Below are positions 20,249-30,759 of a stretch of 64,000 bases of DNA, piece by piece. A model generated the notes under the pieces. That model was not told the origin of the DNA. It saw only the letters and a list, made by a program, of their open reading frames with translations, and ran no database searches. The DNA is taken from the NCBI GenBank assembly GCA_015370545.1, contig GCA_015370545.1_3932.1; one strand, 5' to 3'. The position numbers and the translations under genes are program-made. The stretch is from a phage. The number at the start of each line of letters is the position of its first letter. The first letter of the stretch is position 1.

Positions 20249-21289
20249 ATGGAGAAGTACACATTAACAAAGCTTCCCGATTCAGTTACACATGTTTTTA
20301 TTGACTCTGACAGTATTGCCTATAAAGGTGCTTGTGTAGTTGAGAAAGCAAAATATAAATACGTCAATAAACTCACAGCAGAAGAGTCTGAGCCATTTGA
20401 TAATGCGAAAGATGCTGCAAGATGGTTAGCAGACCAGAGAATCCTTGTGGAAGAACTTGGCCTGACATTTGATGAAGATGAATGGGAAAGACAGACTTGG
20501 AAAGAAGCTAAGAGTGAAAAAGAAGCTATCATGGCTACTCAACAGGTGCTTCAGGAATGGCTTAAGATTGTTGGTAAAGAGAGAACTTGGGTAGGTTATT
20601 TAACAGAGAAAGGTGTGCATAAACATAAAGACATTAAAGGTCTTGAGCACCAATATCAAGGTAACCGTAAAGATGCTGTCACGCCAACACACTTAGTCGC
20701 TTGTCGTGAATACCTTCTGTCAAGACCAGAGTTCAAACTCTTAAAGGGAGGATTCGAAGCCGATTCAATCGTAATTGCTAAAGCTGAAAAGATGGGTAAG
20801 AAGGCTGCTCTTATGAGTATTGACAAAGACCTTCGACAAGCTGAAGGAACTTATTGTATTGATATGACTTATGAAAAATCACCACTAATCTTTATCGCTG
20901 ATAACAATGTTGGTGATATCTGGGATTGTCCTATCAAGTCAAAACCAAAAGCTGCAAAAACAGTTGGTGTAGGTTTTAAATTCTTGTGCTATCAGGCTGT
21001 TGCTGGAGATAATGCAGACAACTACTTCGGCCTTAAAGGTGCTGGAAAAGTAGCTGTGATGAATGCTTTAGATGGTAAAGAGACCTATAAAGAGTGTCTT
21101 GACGCTATCTATGAACTCTATGCTAAAAAAGACTCTTATACCTATGTATCATGGGATGGACAGACTGTTACAAAGACACCGTTAGAGCTAATGGAACAGC
21201 ATTTCTGGATAGCATATCAAGAGAGAAATCCAAAAGATAATTTCTCTTTCAAGAAATATAATTGGGAGCCGTGTATGAATGAAGATTAA
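20249..21289 (+). CDS. 5'-3' exonuclease / flap endonuclease (RNase H-like)
   Basis: 346 aa; N-terminal FIDSDSIAY and helix-3-turn-helix-like GDNADNYFGLKGAGKVA. Confidence 0.7.
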   Translation: MEKYTLTKLPDSVTHVFIDSDSIAYKGACVVEKAKYKYVNKLTAEESEPFDNAKDAARWLADQRILVEELGLTFDEDEWERQTWKEAKSEKEAIMATQQVLQEWLKIVGKERTWVGYLTEKGVHKHKDIKGLEHQYQGNRKDAVTPTHLVACREYLLSRPEFKLLKGGFEADSIVIAKAEKMGKKAALMSIDKDLRQAEGTYCIDMTYEKSPLIFIADNNVGDIWDCPIKSKPKAAKTVGVGFKFLCYQAVAGDNADNYFGLKGAGKVAVMNALDGKETYKECLDAIYELYAKKDSYTYVSWDGQTVTKTPLELMEQHFWIAYQERNPKDNFSFKKYNWEPCMNED

Positions 21290-21776
21290 AGGATTTGGCA
21301 ATTGCCCCACCTATGGTCATTGGGTGTCTTTATGTGGGGAAGTTGACCCCACTAAACATTTTGGTTTTGTCTATTTAGTACACTGTAAGAAAACCGGACA
21401 ATATTATATCGGAAAGAAACAGCTTAATAGTGTGACTAAAAGAAAAGTTGCTGGCAAGACTCGGAAGAAGGTAGTCACTAAGGAGAGTGATTGGATGACT
21501 TATGAAACTTCTTCTGAGTATATTAAAAAAGATATTGAGAGCTTTGGAAAAGAATTTTTTGACTTTTACATTATCCAGACCTACTACACAAAAGGTGGTC
21601 TAGTCTATGGTGAAGCAAACCTTCAACATAAATTCGATGTAATGACAAAAAGGATTGACTCTAAGCTCAGACTCTTCTACAATGCCAATATTGCAGCAAT
21701 TAAGTTTATTACTAAAGAAACTTATGAAGATGCTGAAAAAAGAATCCATAAGGTAATGAAAGCAAACTGTGCTTGA
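21279..21776 (+). CDS. putative GIY-YIG-like endonuclease
   Basis: 165 aa; FVYLVHCKKTGQYYIGKK fits GIY..YIG spacing; weak. Confidence 0.35.
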   Translation: MKIKGFGNCPTYGHWVSLCGEVDPTKHFGFVYLVHCKKTGQYYIGKKQLNSVTKRKVAGKTRKKVVTKESDWMTYETSSEYIKKDIESFGKEFFDFYIIQTYYTKGGLVYGEANLQHKFDVMTKRIDSKLRLFYNANIAAIKFITKETYEDAEKRIHKVMKANCA

Positions 21777-21782
21777 TAACTA

Positions 21783-22046
21783 TTGAGAGAGAATAAAATG
21801 TTTAATAAAAGCAAAGCTGTGAGTCATGTAGCAAAAGTTGACAGTAAGATTGAAGAACTTGAGCGCATTCTTGCAAATGCTAGAGAGTCGATAATTAAAG
21901 AAGTTGAAGCTGTTGAATCTCAAATGCAGCACCTAATGCTTAAACGCCAAGAGCTACGTGAACATCTGGAATATATTGAAACACGAGAGCTAAAGGTTAA
22001 CAGATATTTTAAGGAGTCCGAATGTTTAACTCAAGAGAATCAGTAA
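21783..22046 (+). CDS. hypothetical coiled-coil protein
   Basis: 87-aa ORF. Confidence 0.45.
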   Translation: MRENKMFNKSKAVSHVAKVDSKIEELERILANARESIIKEVEAVESQMQHLMLKRQELREHLEYIETRELKVNRYFKESECLTQENQ

Positions 22047-22777
22047 AAAACTGGAATCTTCGTTGCGGAAAAACTCAAAAACAACCATACAGTAATGAGT
22101 ATTGGGAGTCTTTGAAATCTCAATCTCTGTGTATGCTTGAAGAAGCAAAAGAGCTTGTAAAAGCAATTGAAGAGAAAGACCCCATTGAGACACTGGATGC
22201 TCAGGCAGATTTGCAATATGTTCTTGACGGTTTGATTTACCTGTCACAACATGACCATAATGGTGCTATGAAAGCTGTTTGTCATAATAATGACCTGAAA
22301 TACACAGACGATTATGAAGAAGCTTTAAAACGTCTTGCAGATATTGAGAAGCGTACTGGTCAAGATTGTATTGTCAGAATGTCAGTAGTTGATGGTAAAG
22401 AGTGGTACGCAATTGTTCGTGTAGCCGATGGGAAGATTATGAAGCAATCGAATCTCCCAAAAGTACAGCTTGGTGAATACATTGTAGAACTTGAAAGCCA
22501 AGAACTTTTTGTGGTAGTATCTGATACATGCGTTATCTGCAAAGGTATTGTAGGTAGCTTAAAGGATTTGGGTGTAGATGGTTTTGTAGAAGTTAATCCA
22601 ATTACCTCTAAAGCAGATAAAGATTTCTGTAAAGAGAACGGACTATGGATTGCAGATATTGTCTACTATGATGGTGAGCAGTTCCATGTAACCTCATACC
22701 CGAAACTGAATTATGATGCTAATAACCTGAAGTGCTGGTTAAAAGGGGTTGGTTATAATGGATTCACAGAACATTAA
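22022..22777 (+). CDS. hypothetical protein
   Basis: 251-aa ORF. Confidence 0.5.
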   Translation: MFNSRESVKNWNLRCGKTQKQPYSNEYWESLKSQSLCMLEEAKELVKAIEEKDPIETLDAQADLQYVLDGLIYLSQHDHNGAMKAVCHNNDLKYTDDYEEALKRLADIEKRTGQDCIVRMSVVDGKEWYAIVRVADGKIMKQSNLPKVQLGEYIVELESQELFVVVSDTCVICKGIVGSLKDLGVDGFVEVNPITSKADKDFCKENGLWIADIVYYDGEQFHVTSYPKLNYDANNLKCWLKGVGYNGFTEH

Positions 22778-23081
22778 TAAAGAAGGTGTGGCTCAGAAGA
22801 GCCACTTCTCAAACTATAATATTTCTATGACGGTGTTTATGTATGACCCGTTACTTGAGAAGTATGGTGAGACTCCAGATACACTTCTGGATAATGAACA
22901 AGTTTTAAAAGCAGTCCTGTACAAATACGGGATTGACATTGAGAAAGAGTATTCTTTTGAAATCTGCCAACACAGGAATACTTTCGGTAAAGTTGTGATG
23001 GCTCCGCTCTTTATGGGTGTAGAAAGGACTGACTATGGTTGGCTGTATCTGAAAAGAAACTTGGAGAAATACCGTGTTTAA
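22749..23081 (+). CDS. hypothetical protein
   Basis: 110-aa ORF. Confidence 0.45.
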   Translation: MVIMDSQNINKEGVAQKSHFSNYNISMTVFMYDPLLEKYGETPDTLLDNEQVLKAVLYKYGIDIEKEYSFEICQHRNTFGKVVMAPLFMGVERTDYGWLYLKRNLEKYRV

Positions 23082-23409
23082 AGCAAAAAAGCTATCTTAT
23101 GATGATATCATTTCTGGCGCTAAATTAGGTGTTGACAGTCTCGGACAAGACGTTAAACACGGAGACACAGTGATGTACTGTGATGACCGAAGAGGAAGAA
23201 GTGCAATCTTGTTTGGAAAAGTTGTATGTAAAATACGCGGTAATTATGTTGTTTCAGATATGGATGTCAACGTCGCACAAAAGCTCAAAACAATCATGGA
23301 TAGCAAGATTTCATCATGGCTCTTAAATTGTATGCACGCATCGTCAATCACAAAGGTAAGTGATAAGTTTTACGATATGTGGCAGAATGAGCAAATTTTC
23401 AAGATTTAA
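23074..23409 (+). CDS. hypothetical protein
   Basis: 111-aa ORF. Confidence 0.45.
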   Translation: MFKAKKLSYDDIISGAKLGVDSLGQDVKHGDTVMYCDDRRGRSAILFGKVVCKIRGNYVVSDMDVNVAQKLKTIMDSKISSWLLNCMHASSITKVSDKFYDMWQNEQIFKI

Positions 23410-23414
23410 ACTAG

Positions 23415-23437
23415 GGAGCCTCTTCGGAGGCTCTTTT
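23415..23437 (+). terminator. rho-independent terminator
   Basis: GGAGCCTC-TTCG-GAGGCTC followed by TTTT. Confidence 0.65.
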
Positions 23438-23455
23438 CATCTGTAGGATTTAAAA

Positions 23456-25690
23456 ATGATTAAGACAATTAAAAAATCAAACGGTACAGTAGTAAGCTTT
23501 GACCCAGAAAGACTGAATAAATGGGCATCATGGGCAGATAAGCGTGGAATTATCTGGTCAGAAGTCACTATGGAAGCTATGAAACGTGTCTATGAAGGTT
23601 GCACCACAAAAGAGATGCACCAAGCCATGATTGATGTTTGTGTTGATAAACAAACTCAAGAGTACTCAGACATGGCTGGACGGCTACTTCTGGGGATTAT
23701 CTACAAAGAAGCCTTTGGAGGCTTTACTAAGGTTCCTACACTGATTACCTTCGTTAAAAATATGGAGAGAGCAGGACTTTGGGAGAAGATGGATTATTCA
23801 CAGGAAGAGCTTGAATACCTGCAAGGTTACATCGTGCACTCAAAAGATATCTCTTACGGTTATGCAGTCTTGAAACAGTTCAGAGACAAGTATGGCATCC
23901 GTGATATTAAAACGGGAAGACTTTTTGAGTCACCACAATTTATGTTCATGGGTATGGCTATGAAAGCCTTTGAGAAGCAACCAAAGCACCGTAGACTGCA
24001 AGATGTTATCAAGCTGTACACTTACCTATCTGACCTAAAGATTAACGCTCCTACGCCCTATTTAAACGGTTTAAGAGCAACTAAATCGGGCTATGCGTCA
24101 TGCTGTTTGATTAAGGCAAATGATACTGCTGAATCACTTGGTATTGCTGCAAAGGTTGCTTATGATATGACTACAAAGCAAGCTGGTATTGGTATGCTGA
24201 TGGAGACTCGCACTATTGGTGATGGTATCCGTCAAAATACGATTGAGCACATGGGTAAGCTACCTTATTACAAGCTTGTACGTTCATCTGTAGAGGCAAA
24301 TAAACAGAAGAGTCGTGGTGGTTCAGCTAATAACTTCTACACTGCTCTAGACCCGCAGATTGAAGATTTACTGCGTTTGAAGCACCCTACAACGGTTCCT
24401 TCTAAACGTATTAATGAGATGGACTACTCATTCGGTACAAACGATTATTTCTGGCAGTGTGTTCAGTATGATACAGATTGGTTGCTATTCTCTTACAAAG
24501 ATGCACCAAAACTCTATGACATGTTCTACACAGCATCTGCTGATGAGTTTGCTATGGCAGTTGGTCACGCAGTACATTCAGGAGTTAAGCACAGACGAGT
24601 CAAGGCTCGTGAAATTGCTAAGCTGTTTATTCAACAGCGTTATGCTACAGGTCGTGTGTATCCATTCTTCACTAACAATGCAAACACACATACACCATTT
24701 AAAGAACCATTGAAGATGTCAAATCTTTGTATGGAAATTGTATTGCCAGTGTATGGTTTTGAGAAAGAGACAGACCTTTACAGAGACGATGCTGTGAAAG
24801 AGGATGGTGAGGTTGCTCTTTGCTTCCTAGCTAGTTTGGTTGCAGGGAGAATTTCAGAAGATGAATACGCTGACGTTGCTTATTATGCTCTTGCAATGGT
24901 TGACTCCGTTATTGACCTTATGGATTATCCGTATCCGTCGATGCGTAACCATGTTCAGAAGCGTCGTTCTGTTGGGATTGGCCTTACAAATGTGGCTCAC
25001 TACCTTGCGAAGAACTACGTGAACTACTCTTCACGAGCAGGTAAAACGAAGCTTCATGAGCTTGCTGAAATGCACTCTTACTACTTACACGAAGCTTCTT
25101 TAAGACTTGCTAAAGAACGTGGTGTGCCTGAGTATATGCAGTTCACTAAGTATCCTGAAGGATGGGTTCCTCCAAAGACAGCTAACAGGAAGATTGATGA
25201 GAAGCATGATGCAAAGCTAAGATATGATTGGGATGACTTAGCACAACGTATCAAAGAGAACGGTGGAATCCGTAACTCTGTATTAGAGGCTTACATGCCT
25301 AATGAGAGTTCTTCTCTGGCGACTAATACAACTAACGGCTTGTACCCAATTCGTGACTTTATTTTAACTAAAAAGTCTGCAACTGGTAACGTACTGTTTA
25401 TTGTTCCAGATTATGAAGAGTTGAAGTATGTATATGAAATTGCTTGGGATATTGATACCTTTGACCTGATTGATTGTTATGCAATTGTTCAAAAGTTCAC
25501 TGGTCAAGCTATCTCTTCAGACTTCTATGTTGACTATGCAAAGTCTAAGAAGGTATCATTGGCTCAAGCTCTGAAGTATATGATTTATGCCAACTCGGTA
25601 GGTATGAAAACCATGTACTACCTTAACAGTCGCATCGGTGTAGGTAAGTCTGCACTGCAAGATGCTTATTGCGAGGGCTGTGGTGTTTAG
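23456..25690 (+). CDS. nrdA: ribonucleotide reductase large subunit (class I)
   Basis: 744 aa; ATP-cone-like N-terminus, active-site SNLCMEI, C-terminal CEGCG tail. Confidence 0.85.
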   Translation: MIKTIKKSNGTVVSFDPERLNKWASWADKRGIIWSEVTMEAMKRVYEGCTTKEMHQAMIDVCVDKQTQEYSDMAGRLLLGIIYKEAFGGFTKVPTLITFVKNMERAGLWEKMDYSQEELEYLQGYIVHSKDISYGYAVLKQFRDKYGIRDIKTGRLFESPQFMFMGMAMKAFEKQPKHRRLQDVIKLYTYLSDLKINAPTPYLNGLRATKSGYASCCLIKANDTAESLGIAAKVAYDMTTKQAGIGMLMETRTIGDGIRQNTIEHMGKLPYYKLVRSSVEANKQKSRGGSANNFYTALDPQIEDLLRLKHPTTVPSKRINEMDYSFGTNDYFWQCVQYDTDWLLFSYKDAPKLYDMFYTASADEFAMAVGHAVHSGVKHRRVKAREIAKLFIQQRYATGRVYPFFTNNANTHTPFKEPLKMSNLCMEIVLPVYGFEKETDLYRDDAVKEDGEVALCFLASLVAGRISEDEYADVAYYALAMVDSVIDLMDYPYPSMRNHVQKRRSVGIGLTNVAHYLAKNYVNYSSRAGKTKLHELAEMHSYYLHEASLRLAKERGVPEYMQFTKYPEGWVPPKTANRKIDEKHDAKLRYDWDDLAQRIKENGGIRNSVLEAYMPNESSSLATNTTNGLYPIRDFILTKKSATGNVLFIVPDYEELKYVYEIAWDIDTFDLIDCYAIVQKFTGQAISSDFYVDYAKSKKVSLAQALKYMIYANSVGMKTMYYLNSRIGVGKSALQDAYCEGCGV

Positions 25691-25745
25691 TTTTAATAAC
25701 TATGAGGGTCGTAAAAGACCCTCTAAAATTAACTTTGGAGAGACT

Positions 25746-26003
25746 ATGAAAGACTTAATAGCAAATCACGAGTGGCCTATATACTTGCTCCACAAACCTC
25801 GAAAAACGCTGTACTATGTGAGTAGCACAGATATGATGATAAAACAAAATGATGACTCATGGGTCGCTGGTGTCTCTTACATCTCTACAGCAGATGGTAA
25901 AATCTATGCAAGACCTTATGACATGTTTAATAAAGAAAATTGGGAAGTTTTAGACAGAAAACAAGCCTTAGAGATGATAAAGAAAGGAGAAATCACATTA
26001 TGA
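25746..26003 (+). CDS. hypothetical small protein between nrdA and nrdB
   Basis: ORF 25662..26003 trimmed to the internal ATG at 25746 (GGAG upstream); ATGA overlap with nrdB start. Confidence 0.4.
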   Translation: MKDLIANHEWPIYLLHKPRKTLYYVSSTDMMIKQNDDSWVAGVSYISTADGKIYARPYDMFNKENWEVLDRKQALEMIKKGEITL

Positions 26004-27073
26004 TTAACCAACACCCAATCTTTTTAGGTGGTGAGAGAAAGACATTTGACTCACTTAACAAGCACTACCCAAAAATCTTTGAGCTATATAAACAACAAAA
26101 AGCGCAAGACTGGTCAGAAGATGAGTTCCCTTTTGAACAATCACGTCTTGATTTTGAAAGTGTGCCAGCATCAATGTCAGGTGTAATGCTTGAGATTCTT
26201 AAGTGGCAGTGGGAAGCAGATACCCAAGTTGCTAAAAGTTTAGCGTTTGCTTTTGCACCATTCATCTCTGATGACATTTATGCAACTGCAATTATGAAGC
26301 AGTCTGAGATTGAAAACCTACACGCCCTGACTTACTCGGAGATTGTAAGGCAATGTATTAAAAATCCTGAAACAATCTTAGATGAGATTAACCAGAACAT
26401 TGCTGTACAAGACCGATTAAAAACTGTGAATCGTGTTCTTGAAGAATTGCTGGATGAAGGTATAAACTATCGACTGAGTTATGTCCGTGACTCACTTCTG
26501 GACAAAGACCCTTTACACTTCCATAAAGTGATTCTGAAAGGTCTATTTGCAGTGACTGCACTGGAAGGTATATCTTTTATGGCATCCTTTGCATGTACTT
26601 TTGCACTTGATGCTCAAGATAAATTTCAGGGTATTGCTCAAGCTGTGCAGAAGATTATGCTTGATGAAATCCTTCACACTAAAATTGATATTGAAGTTTT
26701 AAAAGAAACTTTAAGAGATGACGAGTGGCAGAAAGCTTTTCAACAAATTCTTCCAGAGATTAAAGTAATCTTAGATGAAGTAGTTGAAAGTGAAGAGAAA
26801 TGGTCGTATTATATCTTCTCTGAAGGACGTGCTGTAGTTGGGTTAAATACAAAACTTCTTCATGAGTGGGTTTACTATAATGCTGCCCCACTGTATGATA
26901 TGTTTGGCATTCCCAGAGATTTTGTAGCTCCTAAAGAACCACCTTTGAAGTACATGATTAAGAAGATGGAAATTGATAAAGAGCAGAATGCTAATCAGGA
27001 GCAACAGAACGGTGCGTACCTATTGAATACTGTTGTAGATGATTTGAATAGTGGATTTTTAGAGGTTCCTTAA
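26000..27073 (+). CDS. nrdB: ribonucleotide reductase small subunit
   Basis: ORF 25940..27073; start placed at the in-frame ATG at 26000 preceded by AAAGGAG; ferritin-like di-iron protein, follows nrdA. Confidence 0.8.
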   Translation: MINQHPIFLGGERKTFDSLNKHYPKIFELYKQQKAQDWSEDEFPFEQSRLDFESVPASMSGVMLEILKWQWEADTQVAKSLAFAFAPFISDDIYATAIMKQSEIENLHALTYSEIVRQCIKNPETILDEINQNIAVQDRLKTVNRVLEELLDEGINYRLSYVRDSLLDKDPLHFHKVILKGLFAVTALEGISFMASFACTFALDAQDKFQGIAQAVQKIMLDEILHTKIDIEVLKETLRDDEWQKAFQQILPEIKVILDEVVESEEKWSYYIFSEGRAVVGLNTKLLHEWVYYNAAPLYDMFGIPRDFVAPKEPPLKYMIKKMEIDKEQNANQEQQNGAYLLNTVVDDLNSGFLEVP

Positions 27074-27315
27074 TGACTTATGTAATTTACTCCAAAACTG
27101 GATGCCCTCAGTGTGAGACCGCAAAGAATTTTGCAAAAGCTCGTGGTATTGACCATGTTGTGAGAATGTTAGGGTATGACTATGAGCTATCAGACCTGAT
27201 GGATATTGCACAGATGCCAGTTCGTCAGATGCCATTCATCATGAAAACTGATGGACAAAACCTAAAACCTGTTGGAACGCTACAGAATTTTATGGCAGAG
27301 GTGAATAATGCTTAA
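27073..27315 (+). CDS. glutaredoxin/NrdH-like redoxin
   Basis: 80 aa; CPQC active-site motif near N-terminus; follows nrdB. Confidence 0.6.
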   Translation: MTYVIYSKTGCPQCETAKNFAKARGIDHVVRMLGYDYELSDLMDIAQMPVRQMPFIMKTDGQNLKPVGTLQNFMAEVNNA

Positions 27316-27514
27316 ACGCCTTTGGGAAGGTTTGGTTGTTGATGCACCAGCCATTGTGATTGGTATGCTTGTTGTTAACCTATTTACTGATTTTGAACAA
27401 GGTTCATTGTTTGGGGCCATGCTATTATGGGTTATCTTTGAAATATTAGAGATACAGCTAGGCATCACTGAAAAACTAAGAAAACTCGTTTCAAAGTTTT
27501 CTAAAAAGATTTAA
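27308..27514 (+). CDS. small membrane protein
   Basis: 68 aa, two hydrophobic segments. Confidence 0.4.
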   Translation: MLKRLWEGLVVDAPAIVIGMLVVNLFTDFEQGSLFGAMLLWVIFEILEIQLGITEKLRKLVSKFSKKI

Positions 27515-27521
27515 AATGAAA

Positions 27522-27543
27522 GGGTCTCTTCGGAGACCTTTTT
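27522..27543 (+). terminator. rho-independent terminator
   Basis: GGGTCTC-TTCG-GAGACC followed by TTTTT. Confidence 0.65.
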
Positions 27544-27562
27544 AGCATGTAAAGGGGCAATA

Positions 27563-29707
27563 ATGAACAAAGTACAGATTATTAAAAAGAATGGCTCACT
27601 TGAAGAACCTGATATCAAAAAAGTTTTAGCAGCAGTAACTAAGTCAGCTAACAGGGTTGGGTATAAAGAACTTCCACCAGATGTTACCCAAGCTCTTGAG
27701 TCAGCATTCATGAGGATTCTGGTGAAGTCCACTAAGCAGAATAATTTGCTCATCTCGGTAAATGACATTCACAGTATTGTTGAGGGTGCTTTGGCAGAAG
27801 TCAATCACGAGATTTACGAGTCTTACTCAACATATAGAAATTACCGTAAAGAGGTTGCTCAAAATTGGGATGAGCTTTACCAAAAGACTAGAGACACACT
27901 CTTCTTAGGTGACCGTGAAAATGCCAACTTTGACAGCAGTTTAATTTCTACAAAAGGTTCAATTATTCGTGGTTATCTGACTAAAGAAATCTTTAAACAA
28001 TACCATTTAACACCAGAGGAACTTGAAGCCATTGAAAAAGGGTTTATCTACATCCATGACTTAAGAGACTTAATTTTTGGTGGTATTAACTGCTGCTTGT
28101 TTGACATTGGTAAAGTACTGAAAGGTGGCTTTGAAATGTCTGGCATCGAATACTGTGAACCGAAGTCTGTACTGTCAGCCTTACAGGTTATTGGTGACGT
28201 AGTACTTTCAGCAACTGCACAGCAATTTGGTGGTTTTACTTTAGCAGAGATTGATAAGGTACTTGTACCGTATGCTAAGAAGTCTCTACGCTATCATGCT
28301 GAGAAAGCATCATCTTATGGTATTCCTAAAGAGCATTACCACAATTATGTAATGGAGCAGTTACAAATTGAACTGACTCAGGGTTTTCAGTCACTTGAGA
28401 TGAAACTAAATACCGTACCTTGTAGCCGTGGTGATTTTGCATTCACAACTTTAACATTTGGTTTACTTGACTCAGATATGTCTAATGAGGATAATCGACT
28501 CCAATACATGATTGCAAGTACTCTCCTAGATGTTCGTATGAATGGACAAGGCAAGAGCAAAAAACCTGTTGTATTCCCTAAACTGGTTTATATTTATGAC
28601 CAGAAGAGACATGATGAAAATATCTGTCAAGGCCACCTGTACAGTAAAGCTATCGAGTGTTGCTCTAAAGCGATGTATCCAGATTTCTTAAGTGTGTCTG
28701 GTCATGGTGCTGTAGCAGAGGCTTTTGAGCGTTCTGGTAAGGTAATTTCACCGATGGGTTGCAGAGCCTTTTTATCTCCATATCTTAATGAGGGTGGAGA
28801 AGAGTTCTACGTTGGTCGTGCTAACATTGGTGCTGTATCTTTGAACTTACCAATGATTTACCAGTATTCTAAAGAGAATGGTTTAGATTTCTGGAAAGAG
28901 CTTGATAAGTACCTAGAGATGATTCGTAGTTTCCATAAGAAACGCTACGAAATGATTGCTAATATGCCAGCAAGTTCTAACCCTCTTGCATTCACACAAG
29001 GTGGTCTGTACAAAGGAACTAAGAAACCTACTGACAAGGTTGGTTGGGATATTGTGAAGTCCTTCACAGCTTCTTTTGGTGTTACTGCGCTTGATGAGTT
29101 GTCTGTTCTTGCTGAAGGTAAACGACTTCATGAAGTTGGAAGCTATAGTTTTGCATATGATGTTCTGGCATACATCAACATGAAAACCGAAGAGTTTAAA
29201 AATGAAGATGGCTTCTTATATGCCGTCTATGGTACTCCAGCAGAATCACTATGTGGGACTCAGCTAAAACAGTTCAGAGATATGTTTGGCGTTATCAAAG
29301 GTGTTTCTGACAAGGAATACTTTACAAACAGTTTCCATATGAATGTTGCAGCAGACATCTCACCATTTGAGAAGCAGGACTTAGAAGAACCATTCTTCCA
29401 TATCTGTAGAGGCGGTAGAATCCAGTATGTAAGAGTAGCTAACCCAGAAAACTTATCAGCACTTAAAAGTTGTATTACAAGAGGGATGTTGAAAGGTTTC
29501 TATCAGGGACTTAACTTTGACTTAGCAATCTGTGAGCATTGTGGTAACAGACCAAAGGCTGATGTTGAAGAATGTGAGGTTTGCCATTCACATGATATCT
29601 CTGTGATTAACAGGGTGTGTGGGTATCTTGGATGGACTAAGATTAAAGGTGAATCCCGAATGAACGATGCAAAAATCGCTGAGATTCGTGACAGAGTTTC
29701 TATGTAA
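27563..29707 (+). CDS. nrdD: anaerobic ribonucleoside-triphosphate reductase
   Basis: 714 aa; C-terminal Cys cluster CEHCG...CEVCH and glycyl-radical motif RVCGYLG. Confidence 0.85.
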   Translation: MNKVQIIKKNGSLEEPDIKKVLAAVTKSANRVGYKELPPDVTQALESAFMRILVKSTKQNNLLISVNDIHSIVEGALAEVNHEIYESYSTYRNYRKEVAQNWDELYQKTRDTLFLGDRENANFDSSLISTKGSIIRGYLTKEIFKQYHLTPEELEAIEKGFIYIHDLRDLIFGGINCCLFDIGKVLKGGFEMSGIEYCEPKSVLSALQVIGDVVLSATAQQFGGFTLAEIDKVLVPYAKKSLRYHAEKASSYGIPKEHYHNYVMEQLQIELTQGFQSLEMKLNTVPCSRGDFAFTTLTFGLLDSDMSNEDNRLQYMIASTLLDVRMNGQGKSKKPVVFPKLVYIYDQKRHDENICQGHLYSKAIECCSKAMYPDFLSVSGHGAVAEAFERSGKVISPMGCRAFLSPYLNEGGEEFYVGRANIGAVSLNLPMIYQYSKENGLDFWKELDKYLEMIRSFHKKRYEMIANMPASSNPLAFTQGGLYKGTKKPTDKVGWDIVKSFTASFGVTALDELSVLAEGKRLHEVGSYSFAYDVLAYINMKTEEFKNEDGFLYAVYGTPAESLCGTQLKQFRDMFGVIKGVSDKEYFTNSFHMNVAADISPFEKQDLEEPFFHICRGGRIQYVRVANPENLSALKSCITRGMLKGFYQGLNFDLAICEHCGNRPKADVEECEVCHSHDISVINRVCGYLGWTKIKGESRMNDAKIAEIRDRVSM

Positions 29708-29861
29708 AACTTGACATGGTGGTGTGAGTCTTGATAGGCTTACATCACCTTTTTTATTGGATGTTAGATATGGCAGAGAGTATTATTGGGTTGTTCATAG
29801 GTTCTGTCTTACTAGGGTTCTTTTTAGGACTCTCTTATTGTGAATTAAGAGGCAAGTTAAA

Positions 29862-30062
29862 ATGTTTAAAATATCAAAAGCGTTGATATACATTCTCCAC
29901 ATTCTAATCTTCTTCTTTGGGGTTAGTGTTATGGTATGGGGTTTTTCAGACCCACAATGGAGTTTCGCATATCAGGGTCAGATGGATTTATGGTCATGCT
30001 TCAAACCATTTTTAGGGTTAGTCATAGCATTCAGTGCATTGCCAACTAAGGTGAAATTATGA
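29862..30062 (+). CDS. small membrane protein
   Basis: 66 aa, hydrophobic. Confidence 0.4.
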   Translation: MFKISKALIYILHILIFFFGVSVMVWGFSDPQWSFAYQGQMDLWSCFKPFLGLVIAFSALPTKVKL

Positions 30063-30454
30063 TTAAGTTGAACAAAAAACAGTTAGAGTGGATTAAAGAT
30101 TATGCCTCAGAGTGTGGCTCTTGCGAAAAGAATCACGTAAGATATTCAACATTCCATACGACCTTCACATTGTACATCAGCGACAACGTTCTAAGTGATT
30201 CCGTAGAAGATGGTGTAGCGTTACCTAATGAATTGCTTGACAAATTAGCTGTAGTCTCTGGAACTTGGTCTGAAGAAGACGGTCATGAATTATCTAACGA
30301 TGTTGTCTTCTACACTCTTGAAAATATTATGAATCCAGAGTACATTATGCTAATGACTTGTGCACAAGATTGTGTGCCATTACAAAACTTCATTAAAGAA
30401 CACTGCGAAGAATTTATTACTAAACAGGTTCCTTGTCAGGTGGTGTTTGAATGA
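30059..30454 (+). CDS. hypothetical protein
   Basis: 131-aa ORF, Cys-containing. Confidence 0.45.
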   Translation: MIKLNKKQLEWIKDYASECGSCEKNHVRYSTFHTTFTLYISDNVLSDSVEDGVALPNELLDKLAVVSGTWSEEDGHELSNDVVFYTLENIMNPEYIMLMTCAQDCVPLQNFIKEHCEEFITKQVPCQVVFE

Positions 30455-30750
30455 GTAAAACAATTCGAAGAAAAGGTTTAAAGAACGTTCATGGACTCTA
30501 TGAGTGGAGAAATGAGGTACGTAACAGAGAAAATGCTTCAGATGTCTACTTCCATTCTGATATGATGTCCAGAAAAGGTGGCTCTTACGACTTCACAAGC
30601 CAGCCTTGTAGAGAGATTAAGAAGGCCACTAAACGTCTTACAAGAACACAAATAAGGCAGCTTTCTAAGACATCCTTCTTAGATGAAGATTTTGATATTG
30701 ATAGCAAGTCTCCAAAGAAAGCCGCTAAGAACACTTATATGTATTGGTGA
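30451..30750 (+). CDS. hypothetical basic protein
   Basis: 99-aa ORF. Confidence 0.45.
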   Translation: MSKTIRRKGLKNVHGLYEWRNEVRNRENASDVYFHSDMMSRKGGSYDFTSQPCREIKKATKRLTRTQIRQLSKTSFLDEDFDIDSKSPKKAAKNTYMYW

Positions 30751-30759
30751 GGTAACTAG

